Source: Chrysemys picta bellii
Taxonomy: Eukaryota
DNA length: 64,000 nucleotides
NCBI RefSeq assembly: GCF_011386835.1
Contig: NC_088792.1
Location: 287,060,001-287,124,000 of the forward strand
Reading direction: 5' to 3'
The position numbers were made by a program, and so were the translations under genes. A model generated the notes under the pieces. The model made no database searches. It had not been told where the DNA came from and saw only the letters and a list, made by a program, of their open reading frames with translations. Each line of letters starts with the position of its first letter. Positions within the stretch are counted from its first letter, which is position 1. Positions 1-12,248 of the stretch are shown piece after piece.

Positions 1-1077
1 CCCGATACCAGTCGAGAAACTCTGCTTTTTCCCTGGGCATCATGCTTTCTACACCATAGTGCTCTACGCCGGGCATAGACCCCATGTCATTTTGATTTTT
101 CTCAAGTGTTAAAAAAATGTGGAAAATACCCTTTGCACCCTTCAAACCCCATCGCCTGCAGGAGCTTGCTAAGCTTCATGGGCAAGAAGTTTAAAGAGTC
201 TATAAAACGAATGCCCAGGACCTTAACTTCCACATACATTAGTTTACTTCCCTGAGTGATCAATTCTAGGCACTTCTTTTCCTTCAGTAACTGTCTAACG
301 ATGAAATACACATTGTAACCTTTGGAATTGTGCGCTAGGAATATGTAGTCCTGGAACTCTTTGCCAATAAAGGTCTTAATAGCCATAGAAAGACACTCAT
401 CGCCCTTAAATTCCCAGGACTTTTCCAGCTTTAGGGACATAGCAAAAATGTGTGCAACCCAATCTCCTGCGTGTATTCAAAATCATAAAAAAACATACTT
501 TTCTGAGGATTCAGGCTTTCTAAGGCTGTCCCCTCACCATTCTCTAACTTAATCCTATTAGATTTCTTACAAAAAGTCTTTTTCTTAAGCAGGGTTCTGT
601 CACTTTTTGTGCGGACCAGACGGTCAACATAACTCTGTAAGCAGGCATCTTCCGGTTTGGGCATTTTCTTTAAAACATGATCAGGGTCTCCACTGAATTG
701 CACAGCATTTATCAAGGTCACCCCTTGCATTAAATGTTCTTGGGTTAGGCACAGAAATTGCATAGCATAACCTATGGCAATAATAGTGTTCAATAAGCTT
801 TCCAAACACAGCTCAGCACACAAGCCCCGGAGCTTGCAGTTTATATCCATTGAAGTCCAAGTCACACGGTCATGGTGCCAGGGGGCTGGTGCATCTATGA
901 CACAGCCCTCAGAATCTTCAAAAAGCTTTTCCCTAAGACAGTGATTAAGAACAGCGCAAACAGCAACACGTACAATAGTCCGCAACATTTTTTACGCTCA
1001 CGACGTGGCACTGGCTCAGCGAGTTCCATGCCAAACCTCCTCCTAAACTCCTCATAGCCATCATCCTTGGAGTTCAT
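1..1077 (-). pseudogene. Protein-primed family B DNA polymerase, 5' portion, disrupted (left-arm copy, no Harbinger insertion)
   Basis: Frame-broken ORFs 895..1095, 431..988 and 102..440. A 10-bp deletion relative to the right arm lies near 450, and there is a stop after FFNT. Confidence 0.85.
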
Positions 1078-2134
1078 CTTCGCTGCTTGATGCAATGCTG
1101 ACCAGGGCCTCCGGATCCTCTAGAAAGGCATCGTCGAGCTGTCAAGAGATTTTTAGACAAGAAACAAGTGTAAGTTCCCATTGCTTCTTTTTAGATTTAC
1201 ACAACCCCAGGTTCCTAACCCCATTACACCCCATCATCGACTGTCGCTTCTTAATCATTCATTTACCTGAGCGATGTCTTTTCCATTCACCTTGTCCGCC
1301 GGTGACTCCCCCAAGCCATGATCCCCTTCCTCCTCCAGGGTGGTGGACAACGAGAGGCCACCATGCTCATCGGGGTGTGTCATGAGCGGTTGGGCTTCGG
1401 GTTTGGCTTCTGGCATATCCATCAATGGCTGGGCCAAAGGAATCCCCTTGGCTGCTCCCTCATCCTCTTCAGAACTGTCGCTGCTGTAACATTTTCTCCA
1501 CACAAGTCCAAAGGTCTTCGGGGTTAAAACAAAGTCCAAAGTTCTCACGGGGGTGGCAAAGGAGTCCATGTTTCCTCTCAGCCTTTCCATGATTTCTAAA
1601 ACACGTCTTCCTGGTAAGAGATGGCCTCCTCTGCCCAGCGCTGGGACTTATGGGGTGATGGTGCTGCATTCTGATTGGCAGAGGGCATTGGGAGGAGTTC
1701 TTAGAGGGGTCACACGACCCTCTTCTGGGTGGTTCACCCCATCCCAGAACCTGCCCTATTTTGGTCAAATCTCCTTTCGGAGCAATCCTCTGCAGCCGAA
1801 ACTCATCGCGATTGGTAGAAGGTGGTGGGAGGAGTTCTTAGAAGGGTCACACGAACCACTTCCGGACTGGTCACCCCACCCCAGAATTCCTCCCAATTGG
1901 TCAAATCTCCTCTCGGGGTGGTCCCCAGTGGCTGAAACCCCTCCTGATTGGTAGAGAGCAGTGGTAGGAGTTCTTAGAGGGGTCCCATGACACACCTTGC
2001 TTCTGGTCATGTGTCCGCCTTGACCCCGGAAGTAATACCCCCATGGGGTGGGACTTCCAATGACCGGTGGGCAGGGCTTATTGGGTTAAGGTGTGGGGTT
2101 AATGTTTGATTGACAGTAGGGCCCTTATACTACT
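1..2134 (-). mobile_element. Polinton/Maverick remnant, mirror copy (terminal inverted repeat plus 5' part of pPolB), truncated by the window edge
   Basis: Minus-strand terminus AGTAGT ends at 2134 next to the GGAGTG target copy (2135-2140). pPolB exonuclease motifs FFYDFEYTQ, AHNSKGY and RFIDSLNFLPMKL lie in ORFs 431..988 and 102..440. Confidence 0.9.
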
Positions 2135-3863
2135 CACTCCTGCTACCCAAAATTGGAAGAAGAGAGCGGCAACTATAATACTGGGCAGTATTAGCTGTTG
2201 TCCTACTGCTCAGATGCTGTAAGTGAGAGAAGGATGAGGCCGTGTAAAGTAGCCTGGGTTGATTTTTATTACTCAAAGTGTTTTTATTACACATCAGGAC
2301 ATCTAGTCATTCTGATGGACGTGCAGCCTCTGGACAAGCTCAGTGATAAGCATGTACATTATACTGCTTGCTCAGGGGTCATTACTATAGGAACAGTCAA
2401 GTACCAGCCCAGATCCTCAAATACACCTGAGCTCTAGACTCTGGGTTGTTCTAAATTATGCTGTCTTGAAACAGCCATTGCTGCACTGGAGATTGCTGGA
2501 GCACAACGCACACTGTGTGTGCCATCTTCTGTTTCCAGCTCACACCCCATATACTTGGGTGGGAAGCTAGGAGTTAGTGACATACAGCCAGCTACACTGG
2601 CAGTACACTATATATGCTAGTTCTCTGTGTGTTAGGGATTTGCACATGCTGGGGAAATCCTAGCTGCCTCTTAGGGCAGCTTTATGGCTACTTTGTCCTG
2701 CTCCACTGCAACATAGGGCAGCAAAAAGGTGACTTTACCACTAATCCCACCCCTATTTATGCACCTACATGTGATTGTTAGGAGTCAAAGTTTAGGTATC
2801 CAGGTTTGGAAAATTCACTCACCTGGCATAAAGTTGTCTGATGTCAACCAAAGGACAAATATGCCTATAAACATTAGTCCCCTTGTTTTTCAAATATCTA
2901 TTTTGAACACCACAGTGCTGATAGAGATTTAATCAGCACGGCTGCAGGTGGCTATAATGTCTAACTGCAGATTTTAGTGCTTAACTTTAGCCACCCAAGG
3001 CCTTTGTATTTGTATTGCCCAATCCTATGAGTTGCTGAGTGTTCTCAAACTCCCACTGATGTTATTGGGAGATAAGGATGCTCTGCCCTTAAGAAAAGGT
3101 GCTCAGCAGATATAACTCATCCTCCAAAGTTAGCTACTATGATCCTCCACCTCATAGAAAAAGGTCACTGAATGGTCAGGTTTCTAGTCTCCATCACCAG
3201 CTCATTCTCCAGTTTACTGTCCCCCGGGTTCAGGGCCTGTGGGGATCACCAGGCAGCAGTTAGCAGAAGAGGGCGAAAGGCAGAGGGAGTCTGGGATGTT
3301 ATTGCTTATAGCTCTCAATGGGGAGACAATGTTCCTGTAACAGTTGAATATTGGAAGGAAATCAATAGAGACCCCTGCTGAATTGACACATTCCGCTCAT
3401 TCAAGAGCGACTATATTAAGTAATATGGGTTCTCCTAATCTGTGTTGGTGTTTGCTTTCTATACCGTATCCAGCAGCTTTTCCCGGTCCATGTTATCATA
3501 TTGGTATTCCCTAGTATTCTCCACTCTGTTTATGTGTATTAAGGGGCACTGGACAAATACTCATGACTCTTCACATTTCTTTTTCAGGTGCTGGCCAAGT
3601 ATCTCACAAACAACGTCATCTGTAAATAACCCAGCTCCAGATTTTGGATTTACTGTGCACACATTTCCTATTAAACTGTTTGAAGTATCTGTTTCAATTG
3701 CTCAGAGGCCTGATTTCTTCTTTCAGAGAAATTGGGGCTTCCTGCATGTCCACTGTAACCATGATGTGGGAGCTTCCTCCTTTACCCTTTCTCTGCAGAG
3801 ATGGAAGAAGACCTCAGTTCAGTGCCTCTCTGGGGTTTCTAACCACTCTTCCAGGATCCCCAC

Positions 3864-4675
3864 TGTGACGAAATGGGGGAATTTTCTTATATTTTTGTGG
3901 TTTTCCAATGATTTGCATGCAGAGAGAGTGGGACTCAGTGTCCCTGGGTGTTACTGGTTTAACGAGGTGAGAGGAGAGGGAGTTTGTTGTTCCAGAGGAC
4001 CGGAGAGGGAACTTGGGACCCCAGCCGATGGCCTGGAGGATGGACACCCCAGCGACCGCTGACCTGATGACTCAGAGACCCAGCTCAGGAGTCACAGCCG
4101 GTTCTAGCCAGTGGGAGGACAATGGGCTGTGAAGAAAGGACCCCATGACCCAACCAGCCGGTTCCAGCCAGAGGAGGGCAGAGAGGAAAGGAGGCCCAGA
4201 CGACCCTGTTTACCTGGAGAGAAGACAATGGACAGAGGGGGACTTGGGGCTGGTGATCTGGTGATCTCAGATGCAGCTGGGAAGCAGGGGGGCTCTGGGC
4301 TGGAGAGGACGGGCAGGCAGAGCCCACCTGGATGCAAGGAGATTGGGATGTACTGGGCTGAGGGAGGTCAGGCCTGAGGCCCTGAGTGTTTCCTGTGTTG
4401 TGTTCAATGCTCAATAAACCCTCCTGTTTTACGCTGGCTGAGAGTCACTCCGGTCTAGAGAACAGGGTTGCGTCATCCCCTTCAGGGGGAGGGAGGCCCC
4501 GGGGGGTCCAGAGCGAGTGGACTCCCTGAGAGGGCCCACGGCGAGAGACAGACGTGCTAAGGCTCAGAGAGGTGCGGCTCCAGGAGGTGGAGGGGCCTAA
4601 CCCCGAGAGAGAGTGAACCCCCGAGAAGGGCTGTCTCACTGAAAGGGGTGCCACCTCCCACTCCTACGGACCGCA
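3864..4675 (+). mobile_element. LTR-like fragment (mirror copy at 30898..31446 is shorter)
   Basis: Starts TGTGACGAAATGGGG and has AATAAA at about 4413. No matching second LTR or target duplication was found. Confidence 0.45.
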
Positions 4676-7320
4676 CAGGAAATGGTGCTGGTGAGGAGGG
4701 TCTCTTCAGGTCCTTGTCCAGTCAGTGGACAACACCAGCCGGGGGAGCTCTCTGAACATGGGTGGCAGGGGTGGAACGATGGGGTTGAGAGGCTGGGAAC
4801 TCGCTCACTCCAGTGACTGCCAGGCTGCAGAGGACAAACTGCCAGGGGCCCCAGCAAGGAACAGGACAGCACCTACCTCCTGCTCGTCCTGAGGCTCAGA
4901 CTCACTCTGCCCCATGTCTGCTGCTGGCCCCGCTCCCAGGCCCGTCCCAGAAAGGTGCCTGAGAACAAGCAGAGACGTTTGTGCTGTGCCCTTTGGGGGA
5001 AGCCAGGGTTGACCGTGCACAGCTCCCATGACCCCCTAGCACCATAGATCTCCTTACTCACCCTCCCAATAGTTTCCCTCCCTCACAGAGGGCCCCATTC
5101 CCCCCACCCGACCTCCCCAAGACAGCACCCTCCCAGCCAGCCTGTTACTTCCTGCTGGTTCCTGGCTGGGAGAGCAGGTCACGAGGCAACATGGGGCTGG
5201 CCCTTCCCTCCCTGATCCTCACCCTACTGCCCTTGACCTGAACTGCAGACACACCTGGGAAGCAGCTGGTCCTGTGGGGCTCCCCACCAGTGCTAGCCCC
5301 ACTGCTGGGGGAAGGAGTGTTGCTGCTTGACCATCTGTCAAAGGAGAAAGGTCCCAGGCAGAGTCCAGACCCTGCCCACTCACCTCCTGAGCCAGTGGTG
5401 TCCCTGCCCCATTCCAGGGCAGACGGGGCCTCTGCACCTGCCCTCCAAGTCACCTCCTTGTCTATCACCAGACACAGGCACCATGACTCAGACCCCAAGC
5501 CCCTGCCAGCCAGTGCAGAGTGCGGGGTGTGGAGGAGAGAGTCCCAGTTCACACTGTGGAAGTGGGCAATTTCCAGTTCAGGACAGGGCTGGGCACTGGG
5601 GGTCAGGCCTGTCCTGAGACCAAGGGCTGCTTCCCAGCATGGGCAGACTGGTACACATGAGTTAGCCTGGTTCCAATAGCAGCGGGGCCATGGCAGATTG
5701 TTGACTCCCACCTGAGGATGTTCCCTGGGGTGGGCAGGATTGTACTCTGGCGGCCACCCGCACACTGGGGCCACACTGCTACTGTTAGCGCACTAGCTTG
5801 AATAAAACTGTGCCTCTGTCCACCTGGCTAGGGAGCAACCTCCTAGCTGCTGTGTAGATAGACCGGGGTGACCAACCTGAGCCTGAGAAGGAGCCAGAAT
5901 TTACCAATGTGCATCGCCAAAGAGCCACAGTAACACATCAGCAGCCCCCCGTCAGCTCCTCGCACCCGCCAGCAGCACCGCAGATCAGCGCCTAACTCTC
6001 CATCCCTGTGCCTCCCACCAGCTGCGATCAGCTGTTTTGTGGTGTGCAGAAGGCTTGGGGGGAGGGGAGGAGGAGGAGCAAGGGCACGGCAGATTCTGGG
6101 GAAGGGGCGGGGGCCTTGGGGGAAGGAGTGGAGTGGGGCTGAGGCTTGGGACAGAGCCAGGGCTTGAGCAGTGAGCACCCTGTAGCACGCTGGAAAGTTG
6201 GCGCCTGTAGCTCCAGCCCTCGAGTGTTTCTAGTGTAGACATACCTTGATGAGACTCAGGCCTTTTAGAAGTACAATAGAAGGGTTAGAACAGTTCTGGA
6301 GAAGGGAAACTTCTCGAGTATTGATGTAACAACAGTCATCTTGGTTATCACCAAGGATCAAACCCAGGACCTTGTAACTGTATGACCCACTACTGTTTGA
6401 GCTAAGGGACGAACTCCCATAGGTACGAGCTGTAGCAGAACGAGACCCGTGGTGGACCAGCCCCTAGAGGACACATAACACACACTGATCAATGAGATAG
6501 ACAGAGAAAGCTTAAGTGAGTATTAACCAGGTGATGTGTGGACACACACCAGGCTTTTAGGGCCGAATGTATTGCTGACTGATTACAGGCTCAGTTGAAA
6601 GTTGTCAGATAGACGGGGCTTAAGGGATCAATGGAGTTAAAGGAAGAAAACACCTGCTGGGTTTCAGTAGATCATCAACTTTGTATTCTGGTAGGAAGAA
6701 AGGACGGCCCTTGTGGCTAAAATGCTAGGCTAGGACTCCAGTGATCAAGCTTCCATTCCCAGCTCTGTCCTAGAGTCCCTGTGTGTGTGACCTTAGGTGT
6801 GTCACTTAGGCCAAGGTTTTCAAAATTGCCTTGTGATTTTGGTTGCCTAACCTGAGACCTTAAAGGGGCCTGATTTTCAGAGGGTGAGTGCTCAGCACTT
6901 TTGAAAGTCAGGGCCCTTTTAAGAGGTCTCAAATCACGAGACACTTTAGAAAACCTTAGCCCTGCAGATGTTGACCTGCTGTAATTGTCCTGCCTCTCTT
7001 TCTGTTGCTAGATGTTACATTTAAATACCAGACTGAGACCCCACAGATAAAAGAGCAGTTGGAGATGCGTAAAGATGTCTTTCTGCAGGTACATGGAAGG
7101 GGTTTATTTGGGCTTTGAGGGTTTTCACACAGAACACACAGAAAACTCTAAGCCTGAGGATTCTCAGCTTATCCAGGGTTTACCACTGACTTCAGTGGGA
7201 GCAGAATCAGTCCAACACAAAGTGCTTTTGAAAATTCGACCGTATCATGCTTAGGTGTGTGACGCCCCCACTATACATCAGAGTTCTGCAGTTAAGGCAC
7301 CAGCCGGAGATCCCGGAAGT

Positions 7321-7421
7321 CAGATTTCAGAGTAGCAGCCGTATTAGTCTGTATCCGCAAAAAGAACAGGAGTACTTGTGGCACCTTAGAGACTAACAAA
7401 GGTATTTGTGCATCAGCTTTC
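7321..7421. repeat. Penelope-like repeat fragment (mirror at about 24235..24336)
   Basis: The stretch agtagcagccgtattagtctgtatccgcaaaaagaacaggagtacttgtggcaccttagagactaacaaa resembles an abundant turtle repeat terminus; recognised from memory only. Confidence 0.5.
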
Positions 7422-10027
7422 AGAGTTCGGCTCCCATCTCTACCCCAAACTCAGTGTGACTTTGGGCAAATTGCTCAGTCTCTCTGTGCACCGGCCCAGG
7501 GCCCCCCAAAGCTCTAATCCGCTTCTGCTTGAGACAAGAGCAAGGCCGGCTGGCTTTCCTCTCGGAAAGAAAACCCTTCGCTCTGGTCTATGCCGTCTGT
7601 CCTGGGCTGGGCGAAAAATGAGCATGAGAATTTTTCAAAGTCTCCTTTAAAGGACCCCAAAAAAGGGAGGCAGGGGGAGGCATCCGTCATCTCCTCATTT
7701 TTTTTTTCCATTGACCAATTCAAACCATTACCGAGAGCAGGGATCTCTGTCCCCTCTCCCTGGCCTTCCATCCAGGGCAGGTGGAAGGTCCACGGCTCCC
7801 CATAGCTGCCTGCACGACTGTTACCCCAACCCAGCTCCAGCTTCTGCTCTGGCCTGGGGCCTCAGGGACCAAAGAGCTGCAGCCGGGCCGTGGTAAGAGC
7901 AGACAGCTGTGGGGAGCCGCGGACCCTCCATCTACCCTGGGTGGGGGGCCCGGAGGGCAGGGACACAGGCTGGGGGCTGCTCTTGAGTACCCCCACCCTG
8001 CACAGGTGGCAGGTCTGCAGCTTCCCACAGTTTCCCAGGATCCCCGGGCCTCTCTTACCCTGGCCGGGCTCCAGCTTCCAGCCTGGTCAGGAGATGGGGA
8101 CTCAGCGGAAGAGGAGGGGCAAGGAGCCAGGCCCGTGGCAGAAAACTGGGAAGTCCATGGCCTGTAAGGCCCCCCTGCCCAGTTCTGGCACCTCTAGCTG
8201 TATATATTGTACAATGAAATGTAAATATAATATTTACATCCCAGCTCATTTATTTTATAATGATCTGGTAAAAAGGAGAAAGAAAAGCCATTTTGCAGTA
8301 CTAGTGGGCTGTGACACTCTCGTATTTCTATGTCGCATTGTGTAAGCAAGTTGTTTTTAACGGAGGTGACACCTGGGGGAACGCAAGACAAATCAGTCTC
8401 CTGAAAAGGGGCCAGTGGTCTGGAAAGGTTCAGAGCCACCGTCCTGGCACACACACGGCATTCTGCTGCCACAGCCTCCTAGCGAAGTCCCTGTGTGCCT
8501 GGGAGCGAAGGAAAGCGCTGGGTTTCCCCATGGGGCAGCGAGCTGTGCAGCTGGCCCTGCCAAACAGGCCTCTTCCCATAGGATTCACTGATGAGCGATA
8601 AGGCCACGCTTTGGCTCCCCCTCGACTGTCCTGTGCACTGAGCTTTGCAGAAGTTGATTTTATAGTTTACTCCCATCACAATTATTCCTCTGTGCCCCCC
8701 AGGACCCTCCCCGCTGTGCACCTGGCAAATTACAGGATGGGGTGCTAGAAACAGACTGCTGCTAGTTGGTTCCTAGTCCACTCCCTGACCAAGTGCCCAC
8801 CCCTTTAGTCAGTGGCTCTCAAAGTGTGGGGTGCACCCCCCCATGGGAGCACAGAGGAATGTTTTGGGGGAGCACATGGCATGGCTGGAGCCAACCTGCA
8901 GGGCAGGGCAGGGAGGGAGTGCCACACTTCCATCCCTGCTCTGTCCCCAGAGCAGCTTTGCCCCTAACTGCAACTCCACACCCCACTGCCTGCCCCAGCC
9001 CAGCTCTGTTCTCATTCCCGCTCTGCCCCCAGACCAGCTCCGACCCCACCTCCCCCTTCAGCCCAAGCTTCACTGCTGAGGAAGCCTGGGCTGTGCAGTA
9101 ATGGGCGGGGGGAGGGGGGGCGGGCATGGACAGATTCAATTTCTGGTAAGTGGGGGGAGCGACTGGAAAACTTTGAGCATCATTGACCTGACTGACACTC
9201 TCAGAACAGTGACCTGACTTTAGTCACAACCTTTTGATTATCTCAAAACCAGGACCCTACACTCAGCATATCTGAACCTCCACCAGGGTCATGTTCCCCA
9301 CTGATTTAAAGAGAAAAAGGGGTTCTATGAAGGAGGCTGGGCACTGACTTGGTCTATTTCCACAGTTAGACAAAATAGTGACTCAAAGACACTGACAGGC
9401 AGTCAACACACTGTTTATTTCCGCTCTATTTCAGTTGACATCCCAGAGGGGTCTATGATCTAAGGTAACAATGGAGAGGTAGGTTTGAAAACTCTAAAGA
9501 CACGTAAAGAGGGGCCTTAGAGTCTAAAGAGGCAGAGAAGCCTCTCCAAGTACCTTTCAGGATCATGGACCAGGTGTTGGGATCCCAGCCCCCTCCCTAC
9601 CATTGGATACCACCCAGTTCCTGACACCCTCCTTCAGAACAGTGACTGGCTTTTGTCACAATTGTTCTTCTAATACCTCAGACTGGACCCTACAACCCAC
9701 AGCTCTGAACGCTCAGCAGGGTCCTGGTCCACCCCTTCACATGAAAGCGATCGCTATAAACAGGGAGGGGAACTGCCCTGGCAGAAACGAGGGGTGGGGT
9801 CTCTCTCTACAGGTTAAACATCAAATAGAGAATTAAAGGAACTAGAGCTCACCACGACACAAAAGTTTATACTTAAAATAAAATCCTTTAATTTGTAGTT
9901 CAGGAGAGGGATAAAATTGTACAAACCCCCAAACCCTAATACAAAGCATCGCACAGTCCCTGCTCCTCCAGGGAGACACTTAGAGCACAGAACAGAGTCC
10001 CAGGGTTACTGGAGTCGGTGGCTGGTT

Positions 10028-10681
10028 TCAGGAATCTCTGGGGCTGGTCCCCTCGCTCTCTCCTCCTGTCTCCATCTTCTCGCTGCTCCCCGGCTCCTTT
10101 CCCTCCGTGGCCAGGTTTCCTTCTCCTGCCTTCACCCCCTGGCAGACGGTGATGGGAACGGCTCTCCCTTCTGCAGCTGGCAGGGCCAGATGTGGCGCCT
10201 CGATGCAGAGCTGCCCATCCTGGGACAGGGAGCAGAGCACGGCCTCCCCGTTCACGTCTTCCGGCAGGAGAGTTTCTCTGCGGATCTCTCTGTATTCGTG
10301 GGAGCAGACTCCAGCCTCCGACGCCGTTTTCTTCTCCTGCTTCCCCGTCACCTTCCTCCCGTCCACTCTCACCATCAGCTCAGCTGGGGAGAAGCCGCTC
10401 ACGTCCATGGAGAGCTGGAACTTGTCCTTCCCCTGCGCCTGGGAGCCGGGCTCCTTCCCAGCCCCCTCCGCCAGGGACCGGCTGCTCGGCCTCGGCCTCC
10501 TCCCCTCGCCCTCCCCGCAGAGAAGGGGAGAAGCCAGAAGGAGGGAGTGTCTCAGTCGCTCCATCTCCTCCAGGTGCGTCTGCATGTCCCCCACCAGCTG
10601 GGCCAAGAGGCTGTGGGGCCCCGGCCCCAGGAGCCTGGGCAGTGGGGCGCTGCTGCCAAGCCACACTCGGAGCGGGAGCAT
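10028..10681 (-). CDS. hsp30: HSP30-type small heat-shock protein, copy A (217 aa, intronless)
   Basis: Alpha-crystallin domain FQLSMDVSGFSPAELMVRVDGRK..EYREIRRETLLPEDVN..VLCSLSQDGQLCIEAPHLALP resembles amphibian/fish Hsp30. ATTAAA poly(A) variant on minus at 9887-9892. Confidence 0.9.
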   Translation of the reverse strand: MLPLRVWLGSSAPLPRLLGPGPHSLLAQLVGDMQTHLEEMERLRHSLLLASPLLCGEGEGRRPRPSSRSLAEGAGKEPGSQAQGKDKFQLSMDVSGFSPAELMVRVDGRKVTGKQEKKTASEAGVCSHEYREIRRETLLPEDVNGEAVLCSLSQDGQLCIEAPHLALPAAEGRAVPITVCQGVKAGEGNLATEGKEPGSSEKMETGGESEGTSPRDS

Positions 10682-10806
10682 CCTGCCCCCCCGGGGCCTG
10701 GAGCCGCTGGGCCGAGTTCAGCTGCTGAGACGCTGCTGCTGGAGCTGCCTCTGCCTGACTCCCTGCGCGGCTGCTGCTCACTGGCTCCGGCAGCCCCCGC
10801 GCCGCC

Positions 10807-10851
10807 TTTTATAGCCTGCTCGGGCCGCGCCGGGCCCGTCGGGAACCTTCT
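10807..10851 (-). promoter_or_regulatory. TATA box (10807-10813) and heat-shock element with one mismatch (10837-10851), copy A
   Basis: Minus strand reads aGAAg gTTCc cGACg followed by TATAAAA. Copies B and D have GAA in the third unit. Confidence 0.85.
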
Positions 10852-11679
10852 CGCTGCTGGGGGGCGGGGCCTGGCGCTGCTCGGGAGGGGCGGGGCTGGG
10901 GGCGGGGCCTGGCTCTGCTCGGGAGGGGCGGAGCTAGGGCGGGGCCTGGCTCTGCTCGGCTGCGGGGGCCCAGCAGCTTCCAGCAGCCGCTGGCGGGCGG
11001 AGCTCCCGGATGGACTTTGCTGGATCCTTCCCGATCCCGCTGTGTTGGGGGGCGGGGGGGGGGCGGGTCTCATGCCGGGGGCACGGGCTGGAGCTGGGGG
11101 GAGGCGGGTTCAGCGGCGGGGCACAGGCTGGGGGGAGGCGGGTTCAGCGGCGGGGCACAGGCTGGAGGCCGGCTCTGACCGGGGGGTTCCGAGCCCGGTA
11201 GCACAGACCCCCGCTCCCGGACCAGCGCCGAGCAGAAGCCTCCCCCCCCCCCGCGAACGGGCTATTTCTCCCCCGCCCCCCGTTAGAGCCCCGCCCTTGA
11301 GGAATCAGATTCACATTTGGCATAAAGTGCCCCCCCGATCTGCCGTTTGTGGGGCTGCCAAACTTGGAGGGTTTCTCGGGTGCCTTGAAGCTCCTGCCTC
11401 GTGTTTGTGAATGGATGGGGGGGGGAGCTCGGACAGGATGGTCTCCCTGCTGCTCAGCCCCCCCCCCCAGCTCCTCCCTCAGACAGAGCCTCGGAGGAGC
11501 CGCTGGGAGCTGGGGGGGCAGAGACAGCTGCAGGGTGTGACCCCCCCGGACCGGACACGAGTGTCTGTTACTGTTTATTACACGTGCGCTGAGGGGGTGT
11601 TCGCCCGTCTCCCGTGTCTGCTCCGCACATGGACTGTCCAACCCGCCCCCGCCCAGACCCCGCCCGGGGACTGTCTCCC

Positions 11680-11870
11680 CGGCTCCAGCCCGTACCCCCG
11701 GCGTGAACCCCCCCCCCCCGGCTCCAGCCCGTACCCCCGGCCCTCAGCCCCCCCCCCCCCGGCTCCAGCCCGTACCCCCGGCCCTCAGCCCCCCCCCCCC
11801 GGCTCCAGCCCGTACCCCCGGCGTGAACCCCCCCCCCCGGCTCCAGCCCGTGCCCCCGGCATGACACCCG
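11680..11870. repeat. GC-rich minisatellite, about 5 units of about 40 bp
   Basis: Repeated ggctccagcccgtacccccgg(cgtgaa/ccctcag)ccccccccc units. Confidence 0.85.
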
Positions 11871-12079
11871 AGCCCCCCCCCCAACACAGCGGGATCGGGA
11901 AGGATCCAGCAAAGCCCGGCCCGGGAGCTCCGCCTACTAGCGGCTGCTGGAAGCTGCTGGGCCCCCGCAGCCGAGCAGAGCCAGGCCCCGCCCCCAGCCC
12001 CGCCCCTCCCGAGCAGCGCCAGGCCCCGCCCCCAGCCCCGCCCCTCCCGAGCAGCGCCAGGCCCCGCCCCCCAGCAACG

Positions 12080-12124
12080 GGAAGGTTCCCGAAGGGCCCG
12101 GCGCGGCCCCAGCAGGCTATAAAA
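12080..12124 (+). promoter_or_regulatory. Perfect three-unit heat-shock element (12080-12094) and TATA box (12118-12124), copy B
   Basis: gGAAg gTTCc cGAAg, then TATAAAA 23 bp later. An imperfect distal HSE (gATCg gGAAg gATCc) lies at 11893-11907, with several GC boxes between. Confidence 0.9.
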
Positions 12125-12248
12125 GGCGGCGCGGGGGCTGCCGGAGCCAGTGAGCAGCAGCCGCAGGGAGTCAGGCAGAGGCGGCTCCAGCAGCAGCGTC
12201 TCAGCAGCTGAACTCGGCCCAGCGGCTCCAGGCCCCGGGGGGGGCAGG

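Noticed and set aside
1-700. Apparently higher arm divergence distal to the Harbinger insertion point
   Set aside because: Spot counts give about 96% outside versus 97-98% inside, over too few bases to call by eye; needs a full alignment.
6330-6420. tRNA-like A and B boxes on the minus strand (tagctca...ggtttgatcc)
   Set aside because: No cloverleaf could be built; most likely a decayed SINE head rather than a tRNA gene.
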